Assembly (NCBI GenBank): GCA_965261595.1
Contig: CBDHDG010000006.1
Span: 32,001 to 96,000, forward strand
Length of the DNA: 64,000 bases
From: a bacterium
GTDB lineage: Bacteria; UBA8248; JACPRG01; G963555815
Direction of reading: 5' to 3'
Shown: positions 21,090-30,630 of the stretch, piece by piece
Layout: every line of letters begins with the position of its first letter
Position numbering within the stretch: the stretch's first letter is position 1
The notes under the pieces: generated by a model
What the model was told of the DNA's origin: nothing
Seen by the model: only the letters and a program-made list of their open reading frames with translations
Database searches by the model: none
Program-made: the position numbers and the translations under genes

Positions 21090-22532
21090 GAGGGTGTCCC
21101 GAATTCAGTTGAAGGTTTGAGGCGGCGGTCCGTGTGTGGTTCACCTTATGCGACCTCCTCTCGGGTGTCAAAGCGGGGCTCGTCCAGAACGGCCTTCAGG
21201 ATCCACAGGTCCCGGTAGCCGTCCAGGCGACGGAAGTTCTTCTCGGTGGCGAGGAAGGCGGAAGCGGCCCACCTTTTCACCATCGCCCCGTCCCGCCAGC
21301 GGCCGACGCGCCGGGTGCGCATCCGCACCCCCGAACAGGGACTCTCGATCAGGTTCGTGCTCACCAGGCAGCGCCGAAGGCCGGGCGGAAGAGCCAAGCG
21401 GTTGACGGTGAAGATCTCCTCCAGACCCTCCAAAAGGCTGGCGGCCGCGTCCGGATGCTCGATCTGAAGCCACCGGGCCTGCTTGCGCAGACGGGCAATC
21501 CCCTCCTTCGGCGCCAGCCGCCAGGCCGCCTTCATCGTCGCCTTCACCGGATCCTTCAACTCCTCGGGCAGGTGGTCCATCACGTTCTTCACCTTGTGGT
21601 TGCGGCACCGCTGCACCGGATTGTCGTCCCCGTACACCCGGTCAATCGCCGCACGAAGCGCCCTCGAGCCGTCGATGACAAAAAGCCGACGCCGCCCGGG
21701 CCGCACGCCGCGCTCCACCAACTCCTCAAGAAGCGCCGTCACGACCGTGGCGTTCTCGGTGGCGCCCGACCTCAGGCCCAGAACGTGCTTTTGGCCCCGT
21801 GTGTCCACCCCAACGGCCACGATGACGTGATGCGCGCCGAAGCGCAGACCGTCCAGGTAGAGGATGAGGAGGTCGATGTCGTCAAAACGCCGCTCACAAA
21901 GACGCCGCAGCTTCGCCTCGGCCGCCTCGATGCTCTCCCGGCTCACGGCCGACTTCGACACCCCCACCGTCTCGGCCAGCTCGGGAAGAACGGCCGCGTA
22001 GTTCCGCGTCGAGACCCCTCGCATCAGCAAATCCAGCATCCGCTCCCCCAGCCCGGGGTCGGCCTGCATGGCCGCATACGCCGGCACCTCCACCTCCCCG
22101 CCCCGACCCTGGCCCCGGCGGCGAAGCCGCGGCTTTCTCACCTTCAGCTTGCGCCCCTTCAGGGTCACCCGGCCCCCCTGGCTGCCGTGCCGGCGGACCT
22201 CGCCACCCCGCTTGCCTGGATGCGGCGCGCCCGTCAAGCCCTTGGCCGACAGCAAAAGCACGGCCTCCAGGCCCGCCCGGCCCATGACGTCCATCAGGTC
22301 CTCCACCGCCAGTTGGGACTGCTCCACCAGCGACACCAGAGGAAAAAACGCCTGCCCATGCTCCGCCACAAAGGCGGCCAACCTTTGGGTCTCTTTCTTC
22401 TCGATGATCTGGTAAGCTTCACTCATGGCGGTTCCTCCTCTTTGAATGTTTGCCAACCCGATTCTAACCGAGTCGGCAGGAGTGAACCGCCACCTCTTTT
22501 TCTCAACCTTCAACTATGAATGGGACAGGCTC
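21090..22532 (-). mobile_element. Complete IS256-family element
   Basis: Imperfect IRs GAGGGTGTCCCGAATTCAGTTGAAGGTT and GAGCCTGTCCCATTCATAGTTGAAGGTT. Flanking duplication TGGCGAA at 21083-21089 and 22533-22539. Confidence 0.9.
21146..22426 (-). CDS. IS256-family transposase
   Basis: LYLDG, FVIDGSRAL, VQRCRNHK, STNLIES; start taken at MSEAYQ. Confidence 0.92.
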   Translation of the reverse strand: MSEAYQIIEKKETQRLAAFVAEHGQAFFPLVSLVEQSQLAVEDLMDVMGRAGLEAVLLLSAKGLTGAPHPGKRGGEVRRHGSQGGRVTLKGRKLKVRKPRLRRRGQGRGGEVEVPAYAAMQADPGLGERMLDLLMRGVSTRNYAAVLPELAETVGVSKSAVSRESIEAAEAKLRRLCERRFDDIDLLILYLDGLRFGAHHVIVAVGVDTRGQKHVLGLRSGATENATVVTALLEELVERGVRPGRRRLFVIDGSRALRAAIDRVYGDDNPVQRCRNHKVKNVMDHLPEELKDPVKATMKAAWRLAPKEGIARLRKQARWLQIEHPDAAASLLEGLEEIFTVNRLALPPGLRRCLVSTNLIESPCSGVRMRTRRVGRWRDGAMVKRWAASAFLATEKNFRRLDGYRDLWILKAVLDEPRFDTREEVA

Positions 22533-23275
22533 TGGCGAACGCGGGGCGCGTCCTCATTGCTGATGATGAAGAAACGATTCTCGAATTAACGGCCGAGGTG
22601 CTGCGCCAGGAAGGATACGAGTGCGATTGCTCCCCGGACGCCCTCATGGCGACGCAACTGCTCGAGAGGGCAGCGTACGACTTGGTGATCACCGACATTC
22701 AGATGCCCGGCAACTCGAACCTGGAGTTCGTCAAGAGGATTCCGCATCTTGCCGAGGGGGTGCCCGTCATCCTGGTAACCGGCTATCCATCGCTGAATTC
22801 CGCGATGGAGTCGATTCAGCTGCCTGTGGTGGCCTACCTGATCAAACCGGTGGATTTCGAGTTGTTGTTGGAGAAGGCCCGGGTTGCGGTGAAGGGTTTC
22901 CAGGCCTTTCAGACCGCCCGCGAGATGCGCCGGCTTGTGCAGAGATGGAAGGATGACCTTTCCGAGGTCGAGGACGCGTTGAAAATCCCTTCCCCATCCG
23001 CCGCCTCGACCACCCCCATCGACGCCTTCCTTCAACTGACGTTTCAAAACATTGTCGGCTCCCTGTCCAACATCATGCGCCTGTCCGGAACCCTCGCCGC
23101 CGACAAAGGACTCACCGAAGCCTGCCACATCCTCAATTGCCCCAGACATCGGGATTTGAACGAGGCCCTGGGGGAGACCATCGAGGTCCTGAAAAAACCG
23201 AAAGCCGCGCTCAAGTCCAAGGAGTTGGGGACGCTGCGCGCGAAGCTGGAACAACTCCTCCGGAACGAGAGATGA
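22520..23275 (+). CDS. Response regulator with uncharacterised helical C-terminus
   Basis: VLIADDE, VITDIQMPG, ILVTGYP, YLIKP. The current ATG lies inside the IS256 end. Confidence 0.85.
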   Translation: MGQALANAGRVLIADDEETILELTAEVLRQEGYECDCSPDALMATQLLERAAYDLVITDIQMPGNSNLEFVKRIPHLAEGVPVILVTGYPSLNSAMESIQLPVVAYLIKPVDFELLLEKARVAVKGFQAFQTAREMRRLVQRWKDDLSEVEDALKIPSPSAASTTPIDAFLQLTFQNIVGSLSNIMRLSGTLAADKGLTEACHILNCPRHRDLNEALGETIEVLKKPKAALKSKELGTLRAKLEQLLRNER

Positions 23276-23393
23276 AGAAGCCGGCCGCCCCGGTTTTCCG
23301 TTCGGCGACGCTGTCGATTTGAACGGCCTCTCTACGAGGGGGCGCCCTCCAAGAGGGGACGCCCTCCGAGAGAGCCTCCACCCCCCCTCCCCC

Positions 23394-24377
23394 CTATAAA
23401 CCCAGCAGCCCGCGGGCCGTCCCGCCCAGGATCTTCTCCTTGTCTTCCGGCGAGAGCGCCGTCGCCTCGATGCTCGACACCGCCCGGCTCAGGTCTCCGC
23501 TCAGGAAGGGATAATCGCTTCCCAGCACCATGTGGTCCGCCCCGGCGAAGGCATGGGCGCACTCCACGGCCGGAGGATAAAAGGAGACCGTATCCCAGTA
23601 CAAGCGCTTGAAGTATTCCTTCGGCGGTTTCGGGATCGTCTTCCGGACCTCCGGAAACCGATAACCCCGCTCCAGCCGATCCGCCAGGAAGGGGATCGAC
23701 CCGCCCAGGTGGTTGAAGATCAGCTTGAGGCGGGGATGCTCCTCCAACAGGCCGTCGAAGACAAGCGTCGTCGCCACAAGCGTCGTCTCGAACATAAACC
23801 CGACCAGCGCCGCCAGGTGGAATCTCTCCAGGGCGGGATCCGCCGCGGAATTGAGCGGGTGAATGAAAACGGGCAGGTCCAGGGCTTCGGCCTCGGCGAA
23901 GAACGGACGGAACCGCCGGTCGCTCAGGTTGACGCCGTCCACGTTGGTGAAGGTCGAGAACCCCTTCAGCCCCAGCTCCCGGGCGCCGCGCCGCATCTCT
24001 TCCACGGCCGCGTCCAGGTCTTTCAAGCCGATGCAGGCGAAGCCGGCCAGCCGGTCGGGACGCATCCGGACCATTTCGGCGATGGCGTCGTTGATGGCCC
24101 GCATGAGGGGGACGCCGTCTTCGGCCTCGAACAGGTCGATGCTGGGGTTTCCCATGGTCAGGACCTGGAAATCGATGTTGGCGGCGTCCAGGTCGGCCAG
24201 ACGCGGTGCGGGGTCGACGCCGGTGGCAGAGATGGGGCCGAAGTCGAAACCCCGGTGGTAGAAGCGGATGCGGCCCTGCTCATCCTCCTCCAATCGGAGG
24301 CTGTAGCGCCCTTGGACCTCCTTGAGGGTTTCCAGATAGACCTGCGGGTAGACATGGGCGTGGAAGTCGATATTCAC
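23394..24377 (-). CDS. Amidohydrolase_2 / ACMSD-like decarboxylase-hydrolase
   Basis: IDFHAH, VFIHP, HLGGSIPF, GSDYPF, KILGGTA. Confidence 0.9.
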   Translation of the reverse strand: MNIDFHAHVYPQVYLETLKEVQGRYSLRLEEDEQGRIRFYHRGFDFGPISATGVDPAPRLADLDAANIDFQVLTMGNPSIDLFEAEDGVPLMRAINDAIAEMVRMRPDRLAGFACIGLKDLDAAVEEMRRGARELGLKGFSTFTNVDGVNLSDRRFRPFFAEAEALDLPVFIHPLNSAADPALERFHLAALVGFMFETTLVATTLVFDGLLEEHPRLKLIFNHLGGSIPFLADRLERGYRFPEVRKTIPKPPKEYFKRLYWDTVSFYPPAVECAHAFAGADHMVLGSDYPFLSGDLSRAVSSIEATALSPEDKEKILGGTARGLLGL

Positions 24378-24417
24378 GGAACAAGTTCCTTTTTCTTTTT
24401 CGGAAAGGGTCAGCGGT

Positions 24418-25266
24418 TCATTTGATCGCCCCGACGGTGAATCCGGCGATAAAGCGATCCACAAACAGATTATAGAGGATGGCGATTGGAACACTGGCGA
24501 TAAAGCACGCCGCCATCAGGGAGCCCCAGAAGTAGACGTCCCCCCGGACGAGGAAGGTCGGCACGCCGACGCTCACCGTGAACGAGGAGGATGAGGTGAT
24601 AAAGGTCAGAGCGTACACGAACTCCTGCATCACCAGCGTGAGCGAGAAGATGACCACCGTCAGGATGCTGGCGAACGAAACCGGGATCACGATTTTCACG
24701 AACGCCCCGAACCGGCTGTGGCCGTCGATCATGGCCGCTTCTTCCAGGTCCTTGGGGATGGCCTTGAAAAATCCCATCAGCAGCCAAGTGGAAAAGGGGA
24801 CGGTGAAGCTGGGATAGACGAGCACCAGCGACCACAGGGAATCCTGCAACCCGAGGGTGGCGATCACCCGCGAGAGGGGGATGAACAAAAGGGTCGGCGG
24901 AACGAGATAGGTCAAAAAGATCCCGATGCCCATCCGCTCCCCCCATCGTCCCGAAAGCCGGGCGAGGCTGTACCCCGCCGGGATGGCGAGGACCAGCGTG
25001 ATCGCGACCACCGCGACGCCCACAAGGGCCGTGTTCAAGAGCCATTGGCCGTACAGGGTTTCATAGGACAGGAACTTCACGTGATCCAGCGTGGGCGGCT
25101 CATTGTACAGAAACGGGTTGTTCTTGGGATTGAGTAAATCCCGCGTCTTCTTGAAAGACGTGGTCAGCATCCACAGGAAGGGAAAGGCGGCGAACAGGGC
25201 GAACAGCGCCACCAAGCCGTAGTGGGCGGCGGTCCCGGCCCCCCTCAAGAAGCGACGGCTCCGCAT
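24418..25266 (-). CDS. CUT1 (carbohydrate-type) ABC permease
   Basis: EAA motif IPKDLEEAAMIDG; TM helices. Confidence 0.92.
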   Translation of the reverse strand: MRSRRFLRGAGTAAHYGLVALFALFAAFPFLWMLTTSFKKTRDLLNPKNNPFLYNEPPTLDHVKFLSYETLYGQWLLNTALVGVAVVAITLVLAIPAGYSLARLSGRWGERMGIGIFLTYLVPPTLLFIPLSRVIATLGLQDSLWSLVLVYPSFTVPFSTWLLMGFFKAIPKDLEEAAMIDGHSRFGAFVKIVIPVSFASILTVVIFSLTLVMQEFVYALTFITSSSSFTVSVGVPTFLVRGDVYFWGSLMAACFIASVPIAILYNLFVDRFIAGFTVGAIK

Positions 25267-25267
25267 C

Positions 25268-26173
25268 TCAGGTCACCTCCGAGCACCGGGCGATCCGCAG
25301 CATCAGGAACGCCACAGCCACCAGCAGGGGGAAGAGGAACAGGGCGATGGCCGCCCCCTCGGCCAGGTCCCCCCCGTCAATCCCCGTGTAAAACGCCAGG
25401 CTCGCCAGAACTTGCGTCGAGTCGAAGGGACCTCCGCCCGTCAAGACATAGATGACGATCATGTCGGTGAAGGCGAAGACCAGGCCGAACAGAACGGCGA
25501 CGCTCAGGATGGGTCGGAGCATCGGGATCGTGATCTCGAACTCCCGCCGCCAGAACCCGGCCCCGTCCACGCTCGCCGCGTCGTGAATTTCCTGGGGAAT
25601 GGAGGAAAGCCCCGCAAGAAGAATCACTGTCGCCAGCGGGAGCAGACGCCAGACGTGAATGACGATGATGGTGGATATGGCCAGGGCCGGGAAGCCCAGC
25701 TACATGGGCCAGGTGTCGGGGCCGAAAATCCCCACGGCCCGCAATCTCCAGTTGATGATGCTGTAAATGGAGTCCAGGATCCACATCCACCCGATGGCAC
25801 CCAGGGAGATGGGTGCCACCCAGGGCAGCATAATCAGTCCCCGAACCACCCACTTGCCCCGGAAATCCTTCAACAGCAGCAGCGCCAGGGTCTTGGCCAG
25901 GACCAGAACAATGGCCTGCGGGGCGAAGGCGAAGATGAAGGTGATCTTGACGGCGACCCGGAAGGCGGGCGTAGAAAAGATTTGCTTGAAGTTTTTCAGG
26001 CTGACGAAATTGAGACTCGTGCTTCCCACGGTGATGTCGCTCACGCTGTAGGAAAGCGTGAGAAGAAAGGGAAGGCCGATGATCGCCGCGATGTAGAGAA
26101 CGGCGGGCGAGATCATCAAGCGCCCGAGCCAATCCTCCCGGTCGAGAAGGTACGCAAATCGTCCCGCCGCCAA
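25268..26173 (-). CDS. CUT1 ABC permease with in-frame TAG at 25700-25702
   Basis: AGGAGG then TTG at 26173. MLPWVAP...WPM*LG...[20 protein letters not shown] is all one frame. Confidence 0.8.
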
Positions 26174-26205
26174 GTGACGCGCCTCCTGCTCTCCCCGGCC
26201 CGCGG

Positions 26206-26805
26206 TCAGAGCGGCTGGGGTTCCGTTCGCAATCCCGTCGTCTTGTCGAAAAACCGAAGGTCTTCCCTTGCCACCGCGAACACGTGGCTCTCCCCGGTTC
26301 GAAAAGAGAGGGAAACCGTCGAGGGAAGCTTGGCGACGGCCTTCTGATCCTGGAAGTGGCCGCCCAGGGAGCCGTAGAGCAGCCGGTCGGCGCCCAAGGA
26401 CTCGACGCGCGTCCACCCGGAACGGAAGGCGAATCGTGTCTTCCCTCCGGGGATGAACCGCCTCCGGAAGCAAGCTCTCCGGGCGAAACCCCACGGTCCC
26501 GCCCCCCCCCTTCGTCGAAGAGATTCATGGGCGGAGATCCCAGGAAACCGGCGACGAAGGTGTCGGCGGGGTCGTCGTAAATCTCTTGGAGGAGACCGAG
26601 CTGTCTGAGCTTTCCCGCGTTCATCACGGCGATCCGGTCGCCCATGCCCATGGCCTCCACCTGGTCATGGGTCACGTAGATGGTGGTGGTTCCGACGCGC
26701 CGATGCAACTCAAGAAGATCCTCCCGGGCATCCGCCCGAAGCTTGGCGTCCAGGTTGGACAAGGGCTCATCCAACAGGAAAACATTCGGCGCCCGGCGAA
26801 GGGCG
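26206..26805 (-). pseudogene. 5'-truncated CUT1 ABC ATPase (C-terminal half, two frameshifts)
   Basis: Begins at [15 protein letters not shown], then [10 protein letters not shown] and FLGSPPMN. No Walker A or signature motif upstream. Confidence 0.8.
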
Positions 26806-26828
26806 ATTCAGGTCCGCAAGAAGGCGGC

Positions 26829-27359
26829 TCAGCGGGGAATCAGCGAGATCTCGAAATCATACCAGGCCGGATTGGGCGGGATATCGTTCGTCTCGACCAC
26901 AACCCGAAAACCGTTTCCGATCCTGGGCTCCTCGACGACGGTGATCTCCCCGCGGCCCTCCAGCTTCCGGAGTCGAACGCCCATCGGCCGCTGCGGCGCC
27001 CTGAACCCATCGAGCTTCAGAACGGAGGAGTCGCACCGGCAGTGGAGGCCTTCCCCCTTGCCGAAAGGCCACTCGGGATACCAGGCTTTGCCGTTTACGA
27101 ACGTCGGCAAATTTCGGTTCTCCCACCTCCCGGGCGCAACCCACTCCAGATGGCGGATCCACAGAATCCCCCCCCGAAGCGCGAACCAGCTCCGGCCGTC
27201 GATGAAGCTTCGGATTCGAAGGGTCCGGACGGAAATACCCGGCTTCGGGCCGCTTTTGGAGGGAGGTTGCGCATGCGCCGGCGTCAGGCAGATCAAAGCC
27301 GACAGACCCACCCCAAAAACCGTACGATGAAAAAACCCTCTGCGGCCCGCGACAACCAT
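26829..27359 (-). CDS. Hypothetical exported protein
   Basis: Signal-peptide-like N-terminus (..LICLTPAHA) followed by a beta-rich domain. Confidence 0.6.
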   Translation of the reverse strand: MVVAGRRGFFHRTVFGVGLSALICLTPAHAQPPSKSGPKPGISVRTLRIRSFIDGRSWFALRGGILWIRHLEWVAPGRWENRNLPTFVNGKAWYPEWPFGKGEGLHCRCDSSVLKLDGFRAPQRPMGVRLRKLEGRGEITVVEEPRIGNGFRVVVETNDIPPNPAWYDFEISLIPR

Positions 27360-27519
27360 GGCTCGGATCCGGATGACGGAAGCCTCCCGGAACACCGGTG
27401 AAAACGGGCGAGGCGACAAGCCGTCCCGCCGCGGAGAGGCTTCCTTCCTCTTCCTCTCCCCCCTCGACCCCACGGACTTCAGAATCGTTGAAGGCTGGAG
27501 CGACGCCGGGTCCGATTGC

Positions 27520-28482
27520 TCAATCTTGTTCCGAAACCCGGCCGATCTCGCCCTCCACAAGCTCTCCCGGGAGCTGGAAGACCACATTTTCATCCGGGCC
27601 TTCAGACTCCCGGACCTCCCGGATTCCTCTTTTCCTGAGGGTGTCGACGAGCTCCTTGACCAGGAACTCCGGCGTCGAGGCGCCGGCTGTGATCCCGACC
27701 CTCTCGGCCCCGTCGAACCAAGCCGGGTCGAGGTCCGCCACCCCGTCGATCAGGTAGGCCCGGACGCCGACGGACTCGGCCACCTCTTTGAGGCGCATGG
27801 AGTTCGAGCTGTTCTGCGACCCCAACACCAGGAACAGGTCCACCTGTCCGGCCATCTCCCTGACCGCCTTCTGGCGGTTCGTGGTCGCATAGCAGATGTC
27901 CTCCTTGGCCGGAAGCGTGAGGTCCGGAAATTTCCTTTTGAGGGCCGAGACGACTTCGGCGGTGTCGTCCACGCTGAGCGTCGTCTGCGTCAGGCAGACC
28001 ACCTTTTGGGGATCGGGGACGGCCAGCCCATCCACCTCCTCGGCCTGGTGGATCACGGTGATGTGGTCCGGGGCCTCCCCGTACGTTCCGATCACTTCAT
28101 CGTGATCCATGTGGCCGACCAGGATGATGGAAAACCCGTCGCGGACGTAGCGCCGGACTTCGCTGTGGACCTTCGTGACCAGCGGGCAGGTGGCGTCCAG
28201 GGCCTTGAGGTTTCGCCGACCGGCCTCTTCCACCACCGATGGCGCGATGCCGTGGGCGCTGAAGATGGTGATGGCCCCTTCCGGCACTTCGTCCAACTCC
28301 TCGACGAAAATAGCCCCCTTCTTTTTCAGGTCTTCCACGACATGTTTGTTATGGACGATTTCCTTCCGGACGTAAATGGGCGTCCCGTAGATATCCAGGG
28401 CCCGCTCCACCACCTCGATGGCGCGGTCCACCCCGGCGCAGAATCCCCTCGGTTTCGATAAAACCAGCTCATGAAACGCCAT
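27520..28482 (-). CDS. ispH: 4-hydroxy-3-methylbut-2-enyl diphosphate reductase
   Basis: PRGFCAGV, IVHN, SAHG, DATCPLV, TQTTLS, DICYATTNRQ, NSSNS, TAGASTP. Confidence 0.97.
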   Translation of the reverse strand: MAFHELVLSKPRGFCAGVDRAIEVVERALDIYGTPIYVRKEIVHNKHVVEDLKKKGAIFVEELDEVPEGAITIFSAHGIAPSVVEEAGRRNLKALDATCPLVTKVHSEVRRYVRDGFSIILVGHMDHDEVIGTYGEAPDHITVIHQAEEVDGLAVPDPQKVVCLTQTTLSVDDTAEVVSALKRKFPDLTLPAKEDICYATTNRQKAVREMAGQVDLFLVLGSQNSSNSMRLKEVAESVGVRAYLIDGVADLDPAWFDGAERVGITAGASTPEFLVKELVDTLRKRGIREVRESEGPDENVVFQLPGELVEGEIGRVSEQD

Positions 28483-28657
28483 CAAAAACTCCTTCTCGGC
28501 CCGCACCGGCCGGGCGCGCCATCGTTCACCGAATCCCCAATTATTTTACCATGAGTTCCGGAATTCATCCCACGGCGCTCCCGATTGGTAGTGGTCTAGT
28601 GGAGTTGACCCGGTTTGGTGGACACCTGATGATTTGGGGGTAAAGGAGGTGTTCACG

Positions 28658-28972
28658 ATGCCACAGACTCACCCACGCTATCCAATGGAGTTCCGCTGCC
28701 AGATGGTAGAGTTGGTCCGGGCGGGACGCACGCCCGAGGCGCTGGCGCACGAGTTCGAGCCCTCGGCGCAGACGATCCGCACCTGGGCCCATCAAGCCGA
28801 CGTTGACGAGGGGCGTCGCAAAGACGGGCTCACGAGCGATGAGCGGGAGGAGTTGCGCCGACTTCGCCGCGAGAACCGACAGCTCCGCCAGGAGCGGGAG
28901 ATCTTAGCAAAAGCCGCGGCCTGGTTTGCTCGGGATACCGATTCGATCCCGTCCGGATCTACGGGTTCGTGA
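28658..28972 (+). CDS. IS3 transposase OrfA
   Basis: HTH plus EELRRLRRENRQLRQEREILAKAAAWF. Slippery AAAAG at 28909-28913. Confidence 0.9.
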   Translation: MPQTHPRYPMEFRCQMVELVRAGRTPEALAHEFEPSAQTIRTWAHQADVDEGRRKDGLTSDEREELRRLRRENRQLRQEREILAKAAAWFARDTDSIPSGSTGS

Positions 28973-29817
28973 GGGCGAACCAGGCCATGTATCGGACCGC
29001 CACCATGTGCCGGGTGCTGGGCGTCTCCTCCAGCGGCTACTACGCGTGGCGCAGGCGCGCGCCGTGTGCCCGCTCGTGTGCCGATCGGGCGCTCACCAAA
29101 CGCATTCAGGCGATCCACGAGCGTTCTCGGGGGACTTACGGCGTGCCGCGCGTCCATGCCGAGTTGGAGGCTGAGGGAGTGCGTGTGGGCCGCAAGCGCG
29201 TCGCCAGGCTGATGCGTGGGGCGGGACTTGCGGGCGTCAGTCGGCGCAAGGGAGCGCGCACGACGCAGCGCCGGCAGGAGGCGCGGCCGGCCCCTGATCT
29301 GGTGGACCGCAACTTCACGGCCGAGGCCCCCGACCGGCTGTGGGTGGCCGACATCACCTACGTTCCGACATGGGCGGGGTTTTTGTATCTGGCCGTGGCG
29401 CTCGATGCGTTCAGCCGGCGCATCGTGGGGTGGTCGATGGCCACACACCTGCGGGCCGAGTTGGTGCTCGACGCGCTCGACATGGCGCTGTATAAGCGCC
29501 GTCCCCGGGCCGTCATCCACCACTCCGACCAGGGCACGCAGTACACCTCGGTCGCCTTTGGGCAGCGCTGCCGGCAGGCGGGCGTGCGTCCCTCCATGGG
29601 TTCGGTCGGGGACTGCTACGACAACGCGCTGTGTGAGAGCTTTTTCGCCACGCTGGAGTGCGAGCTCCTCGCTCGCCACAGTTTCCGCACCCGGGCCGAG
29701 GCGCGCATGGAGGTGTTCGGGTTCATCGAGGGCTTCTACAACCCGCATCGTCGGCACTCCTCCATCGACAACCTGTCACCCGTTAACTACGAAAGGAGAC
29801 AACAACGCACACCCTGA
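28969..29817 (+). CDS. IS3 transposase OrfB (DDE)
   Basis: WVADITY, HHSDQGTQY, DNALCESFF, YNPHRRHS. Confidence 0.93.
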   Translation: MRANQAMYRTATMCRVLGVSSSGYYAWRRRAPCARSCADRALTKRIQAIHERSRGTYGVPRVHAELEAEGVRVGRKRVARLMRGAGLAGVSRRKGARTTQRRQEARPAPDLVDRNFTAEAPDRLWVADITYVPTWAGFLYLAVALDAFSRRIVGWSMATHLRAELVLDALDMALYKRRPRAVIHHSDQGTQYTSVAFGQRCRQAGVRPSMGSVGDCYDNALCESFFATLECELLARHSFRTRAEARMEVFGFIEGFYNPHRRHSSIDNLSPVNYERRQQRTP

Positions 29818-29859
29818 AAACCCAAGTGCTTAACTCTCCACGAAACCGGGGTAAGTCCA

Positions 29860-29939
29860 CCATGGCTGCCGCCATATTTTCTGATTACATTGTCGTGAGA
29901 ATCAAGAACGTTCTGGACAGTCAAAAAAAATGGGGTCAT
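29860..29939 (-). pseudogene. N-terminal stub of a Doc/Fic-family toxin, cut by IS3
   Basis: ATG at 29939 gives MTPFFLTVQNVLDSHDNVIRKYGGSHG, matching the Doc N-terminus pattern (FLT...V..H...I..YGG..G). The frame enters the IS3 end at 29859. Not in the ORF track. Confidence 0.7.
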
Positions 29940-29948
29940 TTGGGCCGA

Positions 29949-29984
29949 AAAAAGGCCACAGCGAACACTCGCTGTGGCCTTTTT
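29949..29984. terminator. Perfect 16-bp hairpin with A/T tails between the antitoxin and toxin genes
   Basis: AAAAAGGCCACAGCGA-ACAC-TCGCTGTGGCCTTTTT. Confidence 0.75.
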
Positions 29985-30000
29985 CTCCTTCCTGGGAAAT

Positions 30001-30543
30001 CTATTTGGCTAGTGCCTCGAAATCCTTCCTGTATCTTGTGTGGATTTTCTCTCGGGCCCTTTCCAAAACCAATTCCCTTTGCTTTTTCATAACACCAGAA
30101 ACATCAAGGGGTTGATATTGCTCAGAACTCTTCATCGGGGCAGTCCCATAGACCTGTTGTAGGAATAGTCCAAATGAAAGGTGCCAAGTCTGACTAATCA
30201 ACTTCTTGAGCATGTCCCTAACCTCTTCAGGAAGATGTAAATCCTCTGGGGGTTTGGGAGCGATCCACTCATACCAACGTTTCCGTGTCCCAAATGGGGT
30301 CGTATCTGCCCAGACTTTTACTTTCTCTTCTTTTTCAAGGGTTTTCACGGACCCATCTGCGTCTGGAACAAATGGGCCGTAATCATCCCAAAACCATTGA
30401 ATATCTGTGAGTTGTTCCCCACGTCTCCATGCCCATTCGACATCGGCGAGATAGAGTAGTTTTGTAAGTCGAGCCCTGGTAAGCTCATCCGGCTTCGGGT
30501 ACTCTGAGATCACGAACGCCACCAAATCCTTTAACGTTGCCAT
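30001..30543 (-). CDS. Panacea (DUF4065/SocA/GepA) antitoxin with Phd-like C-terminal helix
   Basis: RLTKLLYLAD, WDDYGPF, VYGTAPM; C-terminus REKIHTRYRKDFEALAK. Confidence 0.85.
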   Translation of the reverse strand: MATLKDLVAFVISEYPKPDELTRARLTKLLYLADVEWAWRRGEQLTDIQWFWDDYGPFVPDADGSVKTLEKEEKVKVWADTTPFGTRKRWYEWIAPKPPEDLHLPEEVRDMLKKLISQTWHLSFGLFLQQVYGTAPMKSSEQYQPLDVSGVMKKQRELVLERAREKIHTRYRKDFEALAK

Positions 30544-30630
30544 TTGCCGACCCCTCCTAAATTCAATAGTAGTCCTCAAATTCAAGGCACGTCAAATCAT
30601 TTTCTGCATTGCGAAAAGAATATGGATATT

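Larger units (their letters stand above)
28600..29859 (+). mobile_element. IS3-family element
   Basis: TG...CA ends with IRs TGGAGTTGACCCGGTTTGGTGGA and TCCACGAAACCGGGGTAAGTCCA; orfA/orfB arrangement; no TSD. Confidence 0.93.
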
